Notes: generated by a model not told the origin, from the letters alone. Shown: positions 27,964 to 40,356, counted from the first letter of the stretch. The stretch: DNA of 64,000 bases from Cyanophora paradoxa CCMP329 (GCA_004431415.1 QPMI01000482.1:124001-188000); one strand, 5' to 3'. Program-made: numbers and translations.

Positions 27964-28484
27964 CAGTGATGGAATTAATAATAACCCCCAAAATGGGACT
28001 TTATAAGAATGATTATTAATAGTTAATAATTAGTTATTAGTAGATTAATAATTACTTCCTCATAGAAGCGCGAAACCACGCGTTGAAGGAGCGTTGCCGC
28101 GCGGTTCTGGTGCTAAACACTCTTATATAAGCTGTCTGAGCATTGCGAGTGCCCTCTATATCTGTTGGGGGTCGAATAAAAGGGTCAATGTGCCACCAAG
28201 GGGGTACTGGATGGTCTGGAGCTGCCGTCTGATCAGCTTATGAGCATCATATCAAGCTGCAAGAGTGCCCAGAAGGTCTCTAGACGTGTATAGAACTGCT
28301 TTATATCGCTCTAGCATGCACAGATTCGTCATAGAGTGCAAGAAATGGTGTGTGTACAAGTACCCCCCCAAACTAATAAACGTTATTAATAAGAATGGCT
28401 GTTCCGGGACCTTACTAATAACGTATTATTAATACGTTATTAATAAAATATTATAAGTACTTATTAATAAAGTGCCCATCACTG
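27964..28484. mobile_element. Non-autonomous hAT-type MITE (521 bp)
   Basis: Terminal inverted repeats CAGTGATGG...CCATCACTG, perfect 8-bp target-site duplication GGGTATAC (27956-27963 and 28485-28492), and AT-rich subterminal TTATTAATAA repeats. Confidence 0.9.
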
Positions 28485-28835
28485 GGGTATACTATGAAAT
28501 CAAGCCGCCCGAACCACGCGGCCGTGAACCGAAGCTTGAGCGAAAGCTCAACGCGCACGTACGCCAGCTGCGTATACTACCGGTAGTATTCAGAGCAGAA
28601 CAGCACAAGAAGCGCCGCGACCCAGCGCCCCGGCTACGTCCTCGCCCGAGATCTAGACGAGAAGTACACGTGCACTAGTACTCCCCAGCAGATCATGCAC
28701 GCTCAGGCTTTCGGACGCTTTGTGATGAGCCCTGTAAGACAGTTCTGATTGAATTTTCGACCTCGAAGGAGGGCGTGTGCGTACGAGTCAAGCGATTACA
28801 GTTTGCCGGCGCCGGAGGTTCGGATACCAGTGGCC

Positions 28836-30775
28836 ATGTCGACGCTCATAGGTCACAGCTTCGAGGAAGAGGCGGGGAAGTGCCAGGGAACGGATTTCTG
28901 GGCCGAACGCCTACGAGAGATGCAGGTCCGCCGGCGCCCGCCGCGCCCCCGCCCGGACCTGGCCATATGCATGGCCCTTAAGCTTGGAGCATCGCGCGCG
29001 GGGGCGCGCGGGGGCGATCGCGAGCCCCTCGAGATCTCACGGGCGCCCCCCGCGCAGTCGGAGCTGGACCCCGCCATCGAGCCGCTCCCCGCAGAGGACG
29101 ACCCCTCCTACGCCGCCGCCCTGCGCGTGCGCCCTCGAGCGCGAGCGCGAGCTCGCCGGCCCCGCCGCCGTCTCCTCCCTCGCCCGGGCGCCCGGGCGCT
29201 GATCGCGGGCCTGGACGGCAGAGGAGGGTGCGGGAGCGGCGGCGCACGGTCCACTGGGGCTCCCCTCGATCGTCGAGATCGGCCCGGGGCCCCCCGGGGC
29301 CCCCGGCCCCCGCTCCCGCCGCAGCAAGAGGTCCGCTCCGCCCCTCGTCCACGCGCGCCCGCGGCGGCTTCCGAACGGCGTCTCATTTCGAGTTCCGCGC
29401 GCCCGAGCGCAGTATGTGCCTCCCGCTGAAGTCTGCCCTGCACAACGTCGCGATCGGCGCCGCCGGCTCCGGAGGCGCGCAGCCGGGGGCCGGCGGCTGC
29501 CCGCTGGCCTCCGCCCGCTCGCTCCCCGGCTCTGCCTCCGCTGTGACGGGGAGCGCTGCCTGGGGCAAGTGTGGAGGGCTCTCGTGCCGCCTGCCCGCCG
29601 TCTCGAGCTCGAGCCCGCCCGGGGCGCCCTCTCCCTACGAGGCCCCCAGGCCCCGCGGCAAGGCTCCTCCCCCCTGCTCCTGCCCCGAGCTCCGCATCGC
29701 CCCGGCGCCCCTCCGGCCGGCGCCTTCGGGCCCCTGGCCCCGCCCCTGTCCCCGGCCGCGGGGGCCAAGCGGGCGCCGTCCCCGTCCTCGGGACACACCC
29801 GCCCTCCCCGTCCCTCGTCGGCCTCACCTGCCCCGCATGGTGGTCCTCTCCCCCCGCCCTCTCCCCCTCGGAGGCGGCGGAGCCGAGCGCGGGGGAACTG
29901 GCGGGGCTGGCGGGGGCGCTGCTCGTCGACCTCGGCCTCGACCCCTCCTCCTCGACGAGGCCCCGCCCCGCGCCCCGCGCCCGGGACCCGCCCGCCCTCC
30001 CCGGAGGCCGCCCCACGCCCGCCCCCTCGCCCGGGCCCCTCCTCCCCACGGCCGCGCCCCGCCGCCTCTCCGGCTCCCGGCCGCGGTCGCCGGCCCCCGG
30101 CTCGGACGCGGAGGCGTGCGCGCGGCGGGACCCGCCGGCCCCGCCTCTGAAGCCCAGGCTGCCCGTGGAGGCCCGGGGGCGCGCGGCGGACCGGCCGGCC
30201 TCGCGCTCCCGCTCGCCCTCCGCCTCCTCCCGCTCGCCGCGGCCCGGCGCGGGGACCCCCACAGCGAGGGCCCGCCGAGCTGCTCCTCGCTGGCGTGCCC
30301 CTCGAGCCTCAGCTCCCTGGCCAGCTCGAGCTCCGCTCCCGGCTCCGGCTCCGCGCCCCCCTCGAGCTCGCTGCCGGCCCCGAAGGCGGCGGCCGGCGGC
30401 GGCATTAATATTGGGGCCGGGCGGGCCTCTGGGCAGCGCCGCGAGCGCCTGTCGCCGAGCGTGGAGGCCGCCGCCGGCGCCTGGCCTTCGAGCCTCGCCT
30501 CTATCTGTGGCTCCGCCTCGGGGCGCAGCGCCGCGAAGCCGGCTGCCGGCGGGGCGGGGCGGGGGCGGGCAGGGAGGGCCCCGGAGCTTCAGCGAGGGGG
30601 AGCGGGGGAGCGGGGGAGGGGGCGGGCCCCGGGGCCCCCAAGGCCCGGCCTCGCTGGAGCTCCACCAGGTGCCCGTCGTCCGCCCCGCCCCGGCCCCGCC
30701 CCGGGCCCCGGCCCCGCCCCCGGCCCCTTCAGCATCCTCTCTGCCGCCCTGGGCCTCCCCACGTCGGCCTCATGA
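28836..30775 (+). CDS. Hypothetical Pro/Ser/Ala-rich protein, paralog B
   Basis: Same conserved blocks as 25868..27241. The end is approximate. Confidence 0.5.
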
Positions 30776-31674
30776 TCCCGCCGAGGCCGCGCGAGATCTC
30801 CTCCCGCACCGGTACCTGTATATACGTAAGACCGCCGTTCGCTGTTCGTTGCCTTCATATCTGCCCCACATGCATTCATCAGCGTTAGCTAGCTCTAGCG
30901 CTGCGATGCCCCACGGGCTTTGGATAATGCACGTACGCGTGATATCTAGATCGCTTTGTGCTTCAAAGGATTTGTGCTTAGCCTAGAAGTTTCTTCAAGG
31001 CTTGCATACTTCATTGTTTGTCACTCTAGCTATATATACATATATAGCTATAGTAATTTAAAGCTTGTAAATACTGAGGCTTCTTCCGCTAAGCGCCTGC
31101 AACTGCAACTTGTAATTGAGCTCAAAGACACCCTATAGCTAATTATAATTCTTTAGCGCAAGGCCAGGGGCTGGGAAATTCGAAGGAACTTAAGCTTCGG
31201 AGGAACTAAGCGATCGAGGCGTCGCGACGTCGACGACCGGACTGGAGTCGTACGCGTGGTCCATGATCATGAGCCGCACCGGACCTCGGGATATCGATCC
31301 GGAGGGAGCCTCGGAGGAGGGGATGGTTGGAAAATTCAAAGTTTACAAACAATTGGGGGGGGGGGGGGGGGGGGAGGGGGTGGAGGAGGGGAGCGGGGAG
31401 CGGGCCGGGGTTCGGGGGGGAGGGGGGGGGGGGGGCGAGGGGGGGGGGGGGGAGCGGGGGGCGGGAGGGCCCGGGGGCAGGCGGCGAAGCACCTCGAATC
31501 AATCGAATCAAGCTTCGCGGAGATGGAGAGGCGCCGTGATCATGGGAACATAAAGGCGGGGCCGGGGCTCGCAATTGGGCGCCGATCCCTGACCGTCGGC
31601 GCTCGGTTCCCGCCCGCGCCGGCGCGCGGCCGGCCGACGAGCTCGAGGAATTCGAACTTAGCACACTCGATCTA

Positions 31675-31904
31675 CCGTGTAACACTTAATTAATGCGCCA
31701 GATATTAATGCGTTTTTGGAACCGGATCCCTATTATGGCTATTAATGCGGCACCGAATTAATGCGTTTTCAAGCCTTTTGGCCGCAGTAGGGGGGTACAT
31801 ACAGCAGTTTCTTAGCATGTCGATATTAATGCGGTCCCAAATTAATTAATGCGTTTTCCCAGCGAAAAACGCATTAATTTGGGACCGCATTACTTAAGTG
31901 CGCG
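31675..31904. mobile_element. Short MITE-like element with ATTAATGCG repeats (Tc1/pogo-like), right terminus apparently cut by the viral insertion
   Basis: TA|CCGTGTAACACTTAATTAATGCG at the left end and inverted CGCATTACTTAAGTG at the right end, with several internal ATTAATGCG copies. Confidence 0.55.
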
Positions 31905-32172
31905 AAAAAATGAGATAGTGGGGGTTCCAGCCCACCCACCTCTTTCTCACCCTCACTCCTCCAAACCACCCCAACCCACACACTCCAACGCCTTCCAACA
32001 CACATTCTCTTCCATCCCTTCGTTACGTCTACCACCACAACCTCTCCAAACCAACCATCCAGCAACCGCTAGGTAGTATCTAACGTCTAGTCCGATCGAT
32101 TTTGCAAAAGATATAGCAGTGATTTTAGGCGGACCCCCAAAGCGCTGGTCTCAGAATAATCTTCAGATACAG

Positions 32173-32420
32173 CTAGACGTTAATTTTGTGTACTTTGAAT
32201 CTAACAGAGAAAACATGTTTAGCTCAATTCTAGACGATATTAATGAGTACAATGAAGCTAACAGAGGAAACACGTTTAGCTCAATTCTAGACGTTAGTTG
32301 TGTGTATTTCGAATCTAAAAAACAAAGAGGTTTCAAGGGTTAAGCTACACGTAATTACTATATCATCGGAATCTAATTACATACTCGAGTTCAGGTTCTA
32401 GCTAGACGCTAATTATTCCC
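32173..32420 (+). repeat. Degenerate ~57-bp tandem repeat in the terminal region of element A
   Basis: CTA(G/C)ACG recurs at 32173, 32230, 32287, 32345 and 32402, with GAATCTAA-like and TTTAGCTCAATT blocks in between. Confidence 0.75.
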
Positions 32421-32545
32421 ACCGATGACGTAGTCCAAGTTTAGGTTCAGGTTATAACTATGTCTTAGAGGTTTCAGCAACAATATAAAATGATATAAGA
32501 GATCGCGCTGATCAACCGAAATTTATTTCTAGCGACACTTTCAAA

Positions 32546-35500
32546 ATGAATCAATTTGCTCGTCGTCGTCAGATAGCGTTATTAAAACAACAGATCGTAG
32601 GTCTAGCACAAACTTTGTATGAGCGTAGACGTATTCATGGACTATATCGAAACAAATTACTCCGAATCTCATCACCAGGATCTCGAACTCGACTTGTGAC
32701 GCTGCAACGAACTGTTGATGTGCTTTCAATGCTCGCTGCTGTAGTCGGACAAACGAGACGTGCCTCAGAGCGAACTGTGCAGATAATCATCGCTGTGAAC
32801 CAAGCTGAACTGGTAGCACTTTTCAATGAACTCCCTGGACAGCCAAATGAGGAACTTGCTGGAGATGGTTCACGCGAGACGGCACTAGATGGAATATACG
32901 CACTCGAAAGCGCTGCAATCATCAGGCCGAACAACCTAAGAGTAACATCATTAGCATCGTACCTGACGAACACACCAGAATTCAAGGCAAAATTCGAGCG
33001 ATTCATAGCTGAACGTTTGAATTCAGCGAATGAATCTCGAATGGGGCTGTCAATCAAGGTATATGCAAAAGGAATTTTTAAGCATAGGCAAAATGGTACA
33101 GAAGGATTTACTAACAGATACAAAACAGATGAGATAAGTGAGGAACAGTTTTACCGTATTCAACCAGGTGCAAACATTGAAGTGGAGCTGCGTGACAGAT
33201 GTGTTGAGATTGATGGAAGAGCTGAACAGGAGAATGATTCTTGGGAATTAGAAACGTGGACGTATTTTTACATACAAAGTCTAGAACATGTCCGCGCCGT
33301 TGGTGGAGCATCATTTGAACTTCCAACATGGATTAGCAAGAAGAACGCAGTCATAAACGTGGAGGCACCAGATAATATGTGTTTTACGTATTCAGTTTTA
33401 TCCGCAAAGTTCCCAGTCGATCGGCATGCTCAACGTGCTGCCAAGTACAGACAGCACCTAAGTACGATCGACACATCAATGCTCAGTTATCCTGTCCCGC
33501 TTGATTCAAAGATATTCCGTCGGTTTGAAGAGGCAAACAATCTGAATTTATGTGTGTATGTGGCTGATAATGAAAAGCAAGACATCACTCCATATTATAT
33601 CTCAGCGGCCCGCGAAGCTATTCCTCTGCTATACGTGACTGGTGAAGGTAGCTATGGCCATTTCGTTTGGATCAAGAACGTGAGCCGAATGTTTGCACGT
33701 CCTGGAATTGACAAGAACGCACGCAGCTATTGTCTCGCTTGTCAAAAAGGATTTCGCGGTGATGATTATCTTCAGAAACACATCGACGAAGACAGATGCC
33801 TCGAACGGGATGAGCATGGCCGAGATGTGTTACCAAAACCCGACCGTGCAACATTGAAATTTCTGAATCATTCGAATACGATAACGGCACGATATGTTGG
33901 AGCCTATGATTTTGAAACACTTGCAATGTCTACGAACTCTGTGAAAATGGAAAGACTAAGGAGATTGCTTGTCAAATACCAGCTGCTGTTGGATGTTTGA
34001 TCACAGGCAATGATGATACAAAATATTGGCACGTAAATAGCGGTCGCAGATGTGAGGAGAGGTTTGTTGAATGGCTAGATTCAATGGAACCAACTTTTAA
34101 GAAAGGGCTAAATGCATCGGTACCATCGATAAAAACAGATGTTGCAAAGCAAACGTTTGATTCAGCTACTAGTTGCTATATCTGTAACGTTGAATTCAGT
34201 GAGAAGATTAAAAAGGTCTGGGATCATGATCATGACACTGGTGAATTCAAAGGAGCTGCTTGCTGTGGTTGCAACCGTAGAAGGTTCAAATCAAATCGCG
34301 TTTTCTTGATTGCTCATAACGCTCGTGGATTCGATTCACATTTGCTGATTCGCGCGATTGCCCGTGGAAGTGTTCGTAGACAGGCCGCACACATTGAATT
34401 TAAGAAAAAGTTGAATGAAAAACTTGAAGCAACCCGAGCACGTCTTGAGAAGACATATCAAACTCAAAGCGTGAGGGAATGGACGATGAACAAACTGAGC
34501 ATAACTGCTGAGGAGTATGAGAAGCGAGTTCCAGGATTTATCAAGAACCAGCTTGTAAAAGAAAAAATCAAGATCGAGGCTCCACTGTCGAATCGATTCG
34601 AAGTGATGTTTCAAAACTCAGAGAAAATGAGTCAAATCGAATACGGCATTTACGTATTTCGCGATAGCATGCAACATCTATCAGCAACGCTCGAAAAGCT
34701 AGCGGCATCGCTTCCAGATGAACTGAAAAAGCAAACACGCGAACTATGTCCCGATGCGGAAACATTTAATCTGATGACACGCAAGGGAATCTATCCCTAC
34801 AGCTACGTAAATTCCTGGCAGCGGCTTGCAGACCGTAAGCTACCGTCGATAGAGGCGTTTCACAATGATTTGAAAAACGAAAAGTGCAAGCCTGAAGATT
34901 ATGAGCACGCACAGAAGGTTTGGAAAAAGCTGAAATGTAAAACATTGTTAGATTACACGATTGCTTATATGAAGCTGGATATAACGTTACTAGCAGACGT
35001 GTTTCAAGCATATCGGGAAACATCTCGCGCTACAGATGGAATAGATCCTGCATATTACATGTCACTACCAGGCTTTAGTTGGGATGCGGCGCTAAAATAT
35101 ACAGGTGGACAATTACAGCTGTTGCATGAGGGTCAAGAGGATATGTTCAGATTCTTCGAGACTGGTATTCGTGGTGGTATTTCAATGGTGTCAAATCGAT
35201 ATGCCAAGGCAAACAATAAGGATATGGTTGATTATGATCCATCAAAACCAACAGTATATCTATACTATATAGATGCAAATTCGTTGTATGGATATGCGAT
35301 GTTAGAGAAACATCCGATTGGAGATTTTAAATGGGTTGATCCGATGACTTTTGACCTTGATGGATTCGATTATGATGGTGATATCGGGGCAACGCTTGAA
35401 ATTGATGCTCACATTCCAGATGAGCTTCACGAGAAATTTAGTGAATACCCAATCGCACCAGTTTCAATGAGTGTCGAGCCATCGATGTTATCACCTGCAC

Positions 35501-36579
35501 AGCAAAAGATGATTAAAAAGGATTGCATTCAGATGAAGACGCGAAAGCTTATTCCAAGTCTGCTTCCATTGAAGAAATATGTTGTTGATGGGAGACTACT
35601 CAAATTTTACAGAAGTCAAGGTTTTGTGGTGAGTAAAATTCATCGTGTTATTACGTACAAGCAGACTGCTTGGATGAGACCATATGTGGAAAAAAATGCC
35701 GAAATGCGACAGACCGCAACCTTAGATCATGTGCGAGATCTATTCAAACTGAAGACCAACGCGTTATACGGTAAAAACATGGAAAACGTGAGAAAGCATT
35801 GCGATGCGGAGCTTGTGACTGATAGTGTCAGACTGGCGAAAATTGGCGCACAACCAAACCTGTTGAAGCAAATCGTCAAATATGATGAGGATCTAGTATT
35901 CATCTCTAAACGTAAATCGCAAGTTAAGTTAAACAAACCAATATACAGTGGATTCAGCGTATTGGAAATGTCAAAACTACACATGTTCAAATTTTACTAT
36001 GAGCAATTGATACCGCTCTGGGGTCCGCGGTTTAAATTGCTTGCAACTGATACTGATTCGCTGATCCTTAGAATTGAGACAGATGATTTGTACGCTGATC
36101 TGAAAAATATAAGTCACCTTTTAGATGTTAGCAAATATCCGGAGTCACATCGATTCTTTGCAGGAATGTCGGACGAAGAAATTGCCACCATGAAGAAAGA
36201 ATCGACAGCCCTTGGCAATTTCAAAGATGAGTGCAATGGTAAGCAAATGGTAGAATTCATCGCGAACCGACCTAAGAGTTACTGGTATCAGATCGACAGT
36301 GGTAAGCAAGAGCGTCGATGCAAGGGGATTTCTAAAAGCTTTGCCGACCAGCTTACACGGGAAAGATATATTGATTGTGTTCTTGGTAAAGTTGTAGATG
36401 GACAGAAACAATACTTATCATGTGAAGTGAATGGAATTCGAGGGATGCGCTCAAAGAAACATCGTGTTTATGTGCAAGAAACCTCAAAACAGGCACTACA
36501 TTCGCTAGATACAAAACGCTGGCTTTGCGATAATGGCGTAGAAACAATGGCGCTTGGACACTGTCGCACTCGTATTTGA
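32546..36579 (+). CDS. polB: Protein-primed family B DNA polymerase (Polinton type) with inserted Endonuclease VII/HNH-like Zn domain; one frameshift near 33922
   Basis: YDFET, CYIC...DHDHDTGEFKGAACCGCN, AHNARGFDSHL, RKGIYPYSY, DITLLADVF, GIRGG, YIDANSLYGYAM, KLKTNALYGK, ATDTDS and KSY. Confidence 0.95.
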
Positions 36580-36609
36580 AAAAAGAAGTTTGCAGCGAAC
36601 CTCCAAACA

Positions 36610-36897
36610 TTAGGCTGCTGAAACTACCTCAACCGATTGAGCACCAAACTTATCCAATAAAGTTAGAAGCAATTGTCTTTGCCGACGTCTATAATTACGA
36701 CATTGTTCCCTTTTACGTTCAATATTTCTTTCCTGATATTCATACGTCGCTTGTAGTTTGCGCTTACGAAATTCCTCATCTGAATGATAACGAGCTTTTA
36801 CCGCTGCTGATCGTTTCTTCTTCATCTCTTCTATTACTTCCGGAGACATAGACTTTGGAGGACGACCACGCTTGCGCAAACAGTTTTCCGCCTCCAT
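36610..36897 (-). CDS. Small basic protein with AT-hook-like motif
   Basis: RKRGRPPK. RYHSDEEFRKRK resembles ORF 58798..59247. Confidence 0.6.
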   Translation of the reverse strand: MEAENCLRKRGRPPKSMSPEVIEEMKKKRSAAVKARYHSDEEFRKRKLQATYEYQERNIERKREQCRNYRRRQRQLLLTLLDKFGAQSVEVVSAA

Positions 36898-36995
36898 TAC
36901 AATATCACTTTATTATTAATCATAATCACAATCTTTTTAAGGCATATTCACGCGATATCCACCAAAAACTTTTTATGTGTGTGACAATTAGAAGA

Positions 36996-37922
36996 ATGTA
37001 CACGATAACAGCTCCACCGGGTGTCTGGCAAATTGATGTATTATTTATTGGTAGGTATCGTCTGTTTGCAGCGGTCGAGATTGCAACCCGTTTCGCTATC
37101 GTGCGAAAAATAGAAACATTCAAACAACTTCCAAAAATGATCGCGGAGCTACCAGGGATCTGGGGTTTCTCCGCCGACAACGGTTTTAACACAGCAGCAA
37201 TTCGGTCAATGGCCGAAGAGAACTCGTTGAAAATGCACACTGATGTTGCCAAAGATGACCACATTTCTAAAGGTAACAAACTTGGAATTATTGACAGGTT
37301 CGCTAGGACATTGCGAGCACTTATCCGAGCTGACACAGAAGCACGCGGATCACCACATTTCCTCTCACGCTTGCCTGCGATTTTGAAGGCGTACAATGAA
37401 ACAGCACACAATGCATTTGGTGAAGAGCGATCACCAACGTGGATGCGTGAAAATACACAGGTTGCCGAGCAGCTACATCAAGTTCGACAGCGACAGAACG
37501 ATATTGAACGAGAGAACACAAATATGCCTAAACCAGGTTCGGAGGTGAAGATACTTGAGCCTAAGCCAAGCGTGTTTGCAAAGGGTCTGGCGAAACCAAG
37601 CAAAGAGACCTACGTTGTTGCTGGCGTTGATAAGAACCGTGTTAGGTTAATTACAAAGCAAGGTGTGGAAATTTCTAGACGTGTTAAACCATCCGAGATT
37701 CGTGCGCCACAAGAACTACCTGACCAGTCTAAGATTGAAAGAGCGACTGCTAGATCGAAGCAAGATCGTCAGCTTCGGAGAGAGGGTCTCGTTGAAACGA
37801 AAACGTATGCGGGTCAAAACCGGAAGGATCGTGAGCTAAAAAAACTCGAAATTGCTGCTGAACCATTGCTCAGAGCAGGCGCCAAACCCGCTGGATATTA
37901 CGCAAAGAGAATTCGAAGGTAG
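36996..37922 (+). CDS. Retroviral-type (rve) integrase, Polinton-like
   Basis: PGVWQIDVLFI, AVEIATRFA, SADNG, IIDRFARTLR and LKAYNETAH; the catalytic triad appears to be D-D-D. Confidence 0.85.
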   Translation: MYTITAPPGVWQIDVLFIGRYRLFAAVEIATRFAIVRKIETFKQLPKMIAELPGIWGFSADNGFNTAAIRSMAEENSLKMHTDVAKDDHISKGNKLGIIDRFARTLRALIRADTEARGSPHFLSRLPAILKAYNETAHNAFGEERSPTWMRENTQVAEQLHQVRQRQNDIERENTNMPKPGSEVKILEPKPSVFAKGLAKPSKETYVVAGVDKNRVRLITKQGVEISRRVKPSEIRAPQELPDQSKIERATARSKQDRQLRREGLVETKTYAGQNRKDRELKKLEIAAEPLLRAGAKPAGYYAKRIRR

Positions 37923-37983
37923 AAGCGCGTGAATATGCCTTAAATATATTGCAATCTGTAGATGTAACGAAAAAGTCACAGAG

Positions 37984-38241
37984 ATGACCGATATCAACCT
38001 TCCGATATACGTTGCCTTTGCAATCCAGCAACACATTGAGTATCTTCTACTGAAACATTGCCGGAGGAGAATCCACCGACCCACCAACCACTATGTTCGT
38101 GTTTCCTTTGACAAACGAACCGATAAATGGAAAGCAGAAACCAAAATCAATGGTTGCAAGAAGATAATCGGTTATTATGATTCATTCGAAGATGCTTATA
38201 AAGATCAAACATCGAAATCACGGTTTAATTATAGGGAATAA
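37984..38241 (+). CDS. AP2-like DNA-binding domain protein
   Basis: VSFDKRTDKWKAETKINGCKKIIGYYDSFEDA matches the AP2 domain pattern of HNH-AP2 proteins. Confidence 0.65.
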   Translation: MTDINLPIYVAFAIQQHIEYLLLKHCRRRIHRPTNHYVRVSFDKRTDKWKAETKINGCKKIIGYYDSFEDAYKDQTSKSRFNYRE

Positions 38242-38259
38242 CACCCCTTTATCTTTTTA

Positions 38260-38652
38260 ATGGAACTCGAACTCGAAACGACAGAGGAAGAGTTAAATCT
38301 TGAAGACTGTTGGCCAGGCAGGAGTCAACTCACCCCAAGTCACTGCATCAGCTTTGGCATTTACAAGGGCGCAAGCTATTTGTGGATTGCAGCTTCTAAA
38401 CCAGAATATACTAGTTGGTTGCTTAGACAATCTTGGCTACCTGCTTTCGACCGGGCCGCTTTCTTGCGTGCACAAAGCGCAATAGAGCCGAAGTCACTCC
38501 AGAAGATTTATCAACTGAATAGACGCGGTCCGAGGTCACGGCTTCAAATATCAAAACCTGATATGAATGACCCCATTCAAGGAAAAGACGCATTAAAACT
38601 GCTCGACTCGCTCCGGCGTTGTATTCGGAGAAGACGCAATCGAACTCTTTGA
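38260..38652 (+). CDS. Hypothetical protein with FGxYKG...Y..WL motif (exonuclease X C-terminal-like)
   Basis: ISFGIYKGASYLWIAASKPEYTSWLL. It overlaps the ATPase 3' end on the opposite strand. Confidence 0.5.
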   Translation: MELELETTEEELNLEDCWPGRSQLTPSHCISFGIYKGASYLWIAASKPEYTSWLLRQSWLPAFDRAAFLRAQSAIEPKSLQKIYQLNRRGPRSRLQISKPDMNDPIQGKDALKLLDSLRRCIRRRRNRTL

Positions 38653-39127
38653 TATTCGAGAGAATTGACGAAAAGCATACATATTCGCAGTTTCTACGAA
38701 TTGTTGGACTGATTCCACATAGACGTTGCGTCGTTATAAAAAGGCTCATGTTATAATGACGGCCCGAAGTGAAGAGCTTTTGCATTAATCGGTCACTGTG
38801 GACGTTTACAAGATCATTATCGAGCAAGTCATCTAAAACAATTGCTATTTTTCGATCATCTTTCTTGCGTCGTCTTTCTTTTTGACGTTCTAAAAGTTCT
38901 TCAACCAAAACTGTATCCCATTCTTCATAAATATTGCTCTTGCGTGCTGTATCATTCCACTGTTCTGTAAATGCTGTTGTACTAAAGACGTAAATATCGT
39001 CTAGCTGATTTGCTACAGCATTTAATACGTGTTTTACGTAGGTGCTTTTTCCAGAATTCGTGGGTCCAACAAACAAGAACCGTTTAGGCAGTTTTATTTC
39101 CGTCGGATCAAACAATTTGATATCCAT
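38423..39127 (-). CDS. A32/FtsK-like DNA packaging ATPase (module 1)
   Basis: Walker A GPTNSGKS, Walker B IVLDD and GRHYNMSLFITTQ. Confidence 0.92.
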   Translation of the reverse strand: MDIKLFDPTEIKLPKRFLFVGPTNSGKSTYVKHVLNAVANQLDDIYVFSTTAFTEQWNDTARKSNIYEEWDTVLVEELLERQKERRRKKDDRKIAIVLDDLLDNDLVNVHSDRLMQKLFTSGRHYNMSLFITTQRLCGISPTIRRNCEYVCFSSILSNIKEFDCVFSEYNAGASRAVLMRLFLEWGHSYQVLIFEAVTSDRVYSVDKSSGVTSALLRFVHARKRPGRKQVAKIV

Positions 39128-39128
39128 T

Positions 39129-40356
39129 TTAGAAGTTACTTACCTTAAGAGTAGACATTTGATATGAATTTATGACTAGAACATTGTGTCGAAGAACGTG
39201 GAAGTCAACAACAGCTGGGGCGGTGTTTGTACAGCCGGTCACAGTGAGGGAGCAATAGCTGCTGCTGGAATTGAAGAAATCGGTATAACCAAGAACAGCG
39301 TTGTGGAGGGAATCCTTTCCAGATTTCGAAAGCACAATACCATAGACATTTCCGTCTTCAAAACCAAGGGCTGAATTACCAGTTGTTGCTCCGCGATATT
39401 GAGTGGGAATGTGATAGCATGACGATACAAAACCAGAGATGGGCTTGTTGCTAATGTCGAGAGTTCGGTTGTTGTGCATAATCTCAAACGAATCAATCTT
39501 CAAAGCGTTTCCGTTGCCAGCAAATGAATTGTGGTTGTGAGTTCCCAGGTGAATCGCATTTCGCACTGTCATCAAAATTGCGTGCACAAGACCACTAACG
39601 TTAGCAAGTGATATTTCGACAGCGTTTCCTGCGTCGTCCGTCTTAAGCTGGCGTGAGCGCTTCGAAATGATCTCCGTGAAGGGAATTCGAATACCGCCAG
39701 ACTCATTCGCAGATTTAAGCATAGACTCTGCCTCTTCGCTAGGATATTCACGAATTGACAAACCAGGGCGCAATCCGTTAGTGTCGCGACAGCATCAGCA
39801 ACAGTTCCAATCACACCAGCCGAACGGAAGTCAATCTCGACGGTTGGCATATCTGCAAGTGCTAACAGAGGGAAGTACGAATTGTCCCAAAGCTGTGATG
39901 GGATCTTCAGCACGTACTCTCGGCTAGCATCAAGAATCTCGAGAGCTGCATCTTTTCCAAAGCCATAGCTGCTAGCAAATGCTTGGGCGGATGCAACACT
40001 ATTATCAATTAGCGCGTTCACTGTAAGCCAATCACCAGGAATTACCATTTTGAAAGATCCATGAACAAAGCGTACGTTTTCAATAAATGCACCAGCACCA
40101 TTAGGAAGAACCGAAGCGGCAGCTCCACCAGCGACTGTTACCTTAAAATATAGGGAGACGCCATTTAGAAGTTGCTTGCGCGGAAGGTCGAAAGCAGCAG
40201 TCTGTGCGAATCCGTATGAGTTGCCTCGCGGACGGATCGTCTCAAGGAAAGGCTTAAACTTTGGCTAACACCGACAGTTAGACCTGGCGATAGATAAAGC
40301 TCGTTCGATCCTTTGGTTGTTAGGAGCTCTTTCAGAGTAGTTCCTGCTTGCGCCAT
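39129..40356 (-). CDS. Major capsid protein, module 1 (this copy has two single-base deletions)
   Basis: Near-identical to the intact 409-aa ORF 46699..47928, and located between the ATPase and the penton. Confidence 0.8.

Noticed and set aside
9800-31000. Long Arg/Pro/Gly-rich ORFs in the six-frame track (e.g. 15548..17206, 16951..18516, 25978..27213)
   Set aside because: These are stop-poor artefacts of very high GC, antisense to or read through introns of real spliced genes.
31335-31460. Poly-G tracts as a functional G-quadruplex or repeat element
   Set aside because: Similar G/C homopolymer tracts occur throughout introns and are error-prone in this assembly.
32173-32420. CRISPR-like array in the element A terminus
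   Set aside because: The units are degenerate tandem copies along their whole length, not repeat plus unique spacer.
33915-34000. Programmed ribosomal frameshifts in pPolB, primase-helicase (~61627) and RING (~50343)
   Set aside because: Each is repaired by adding one base to a short homopolymer and none has a slippery heptamer. Sequencing error or decay is more likely.
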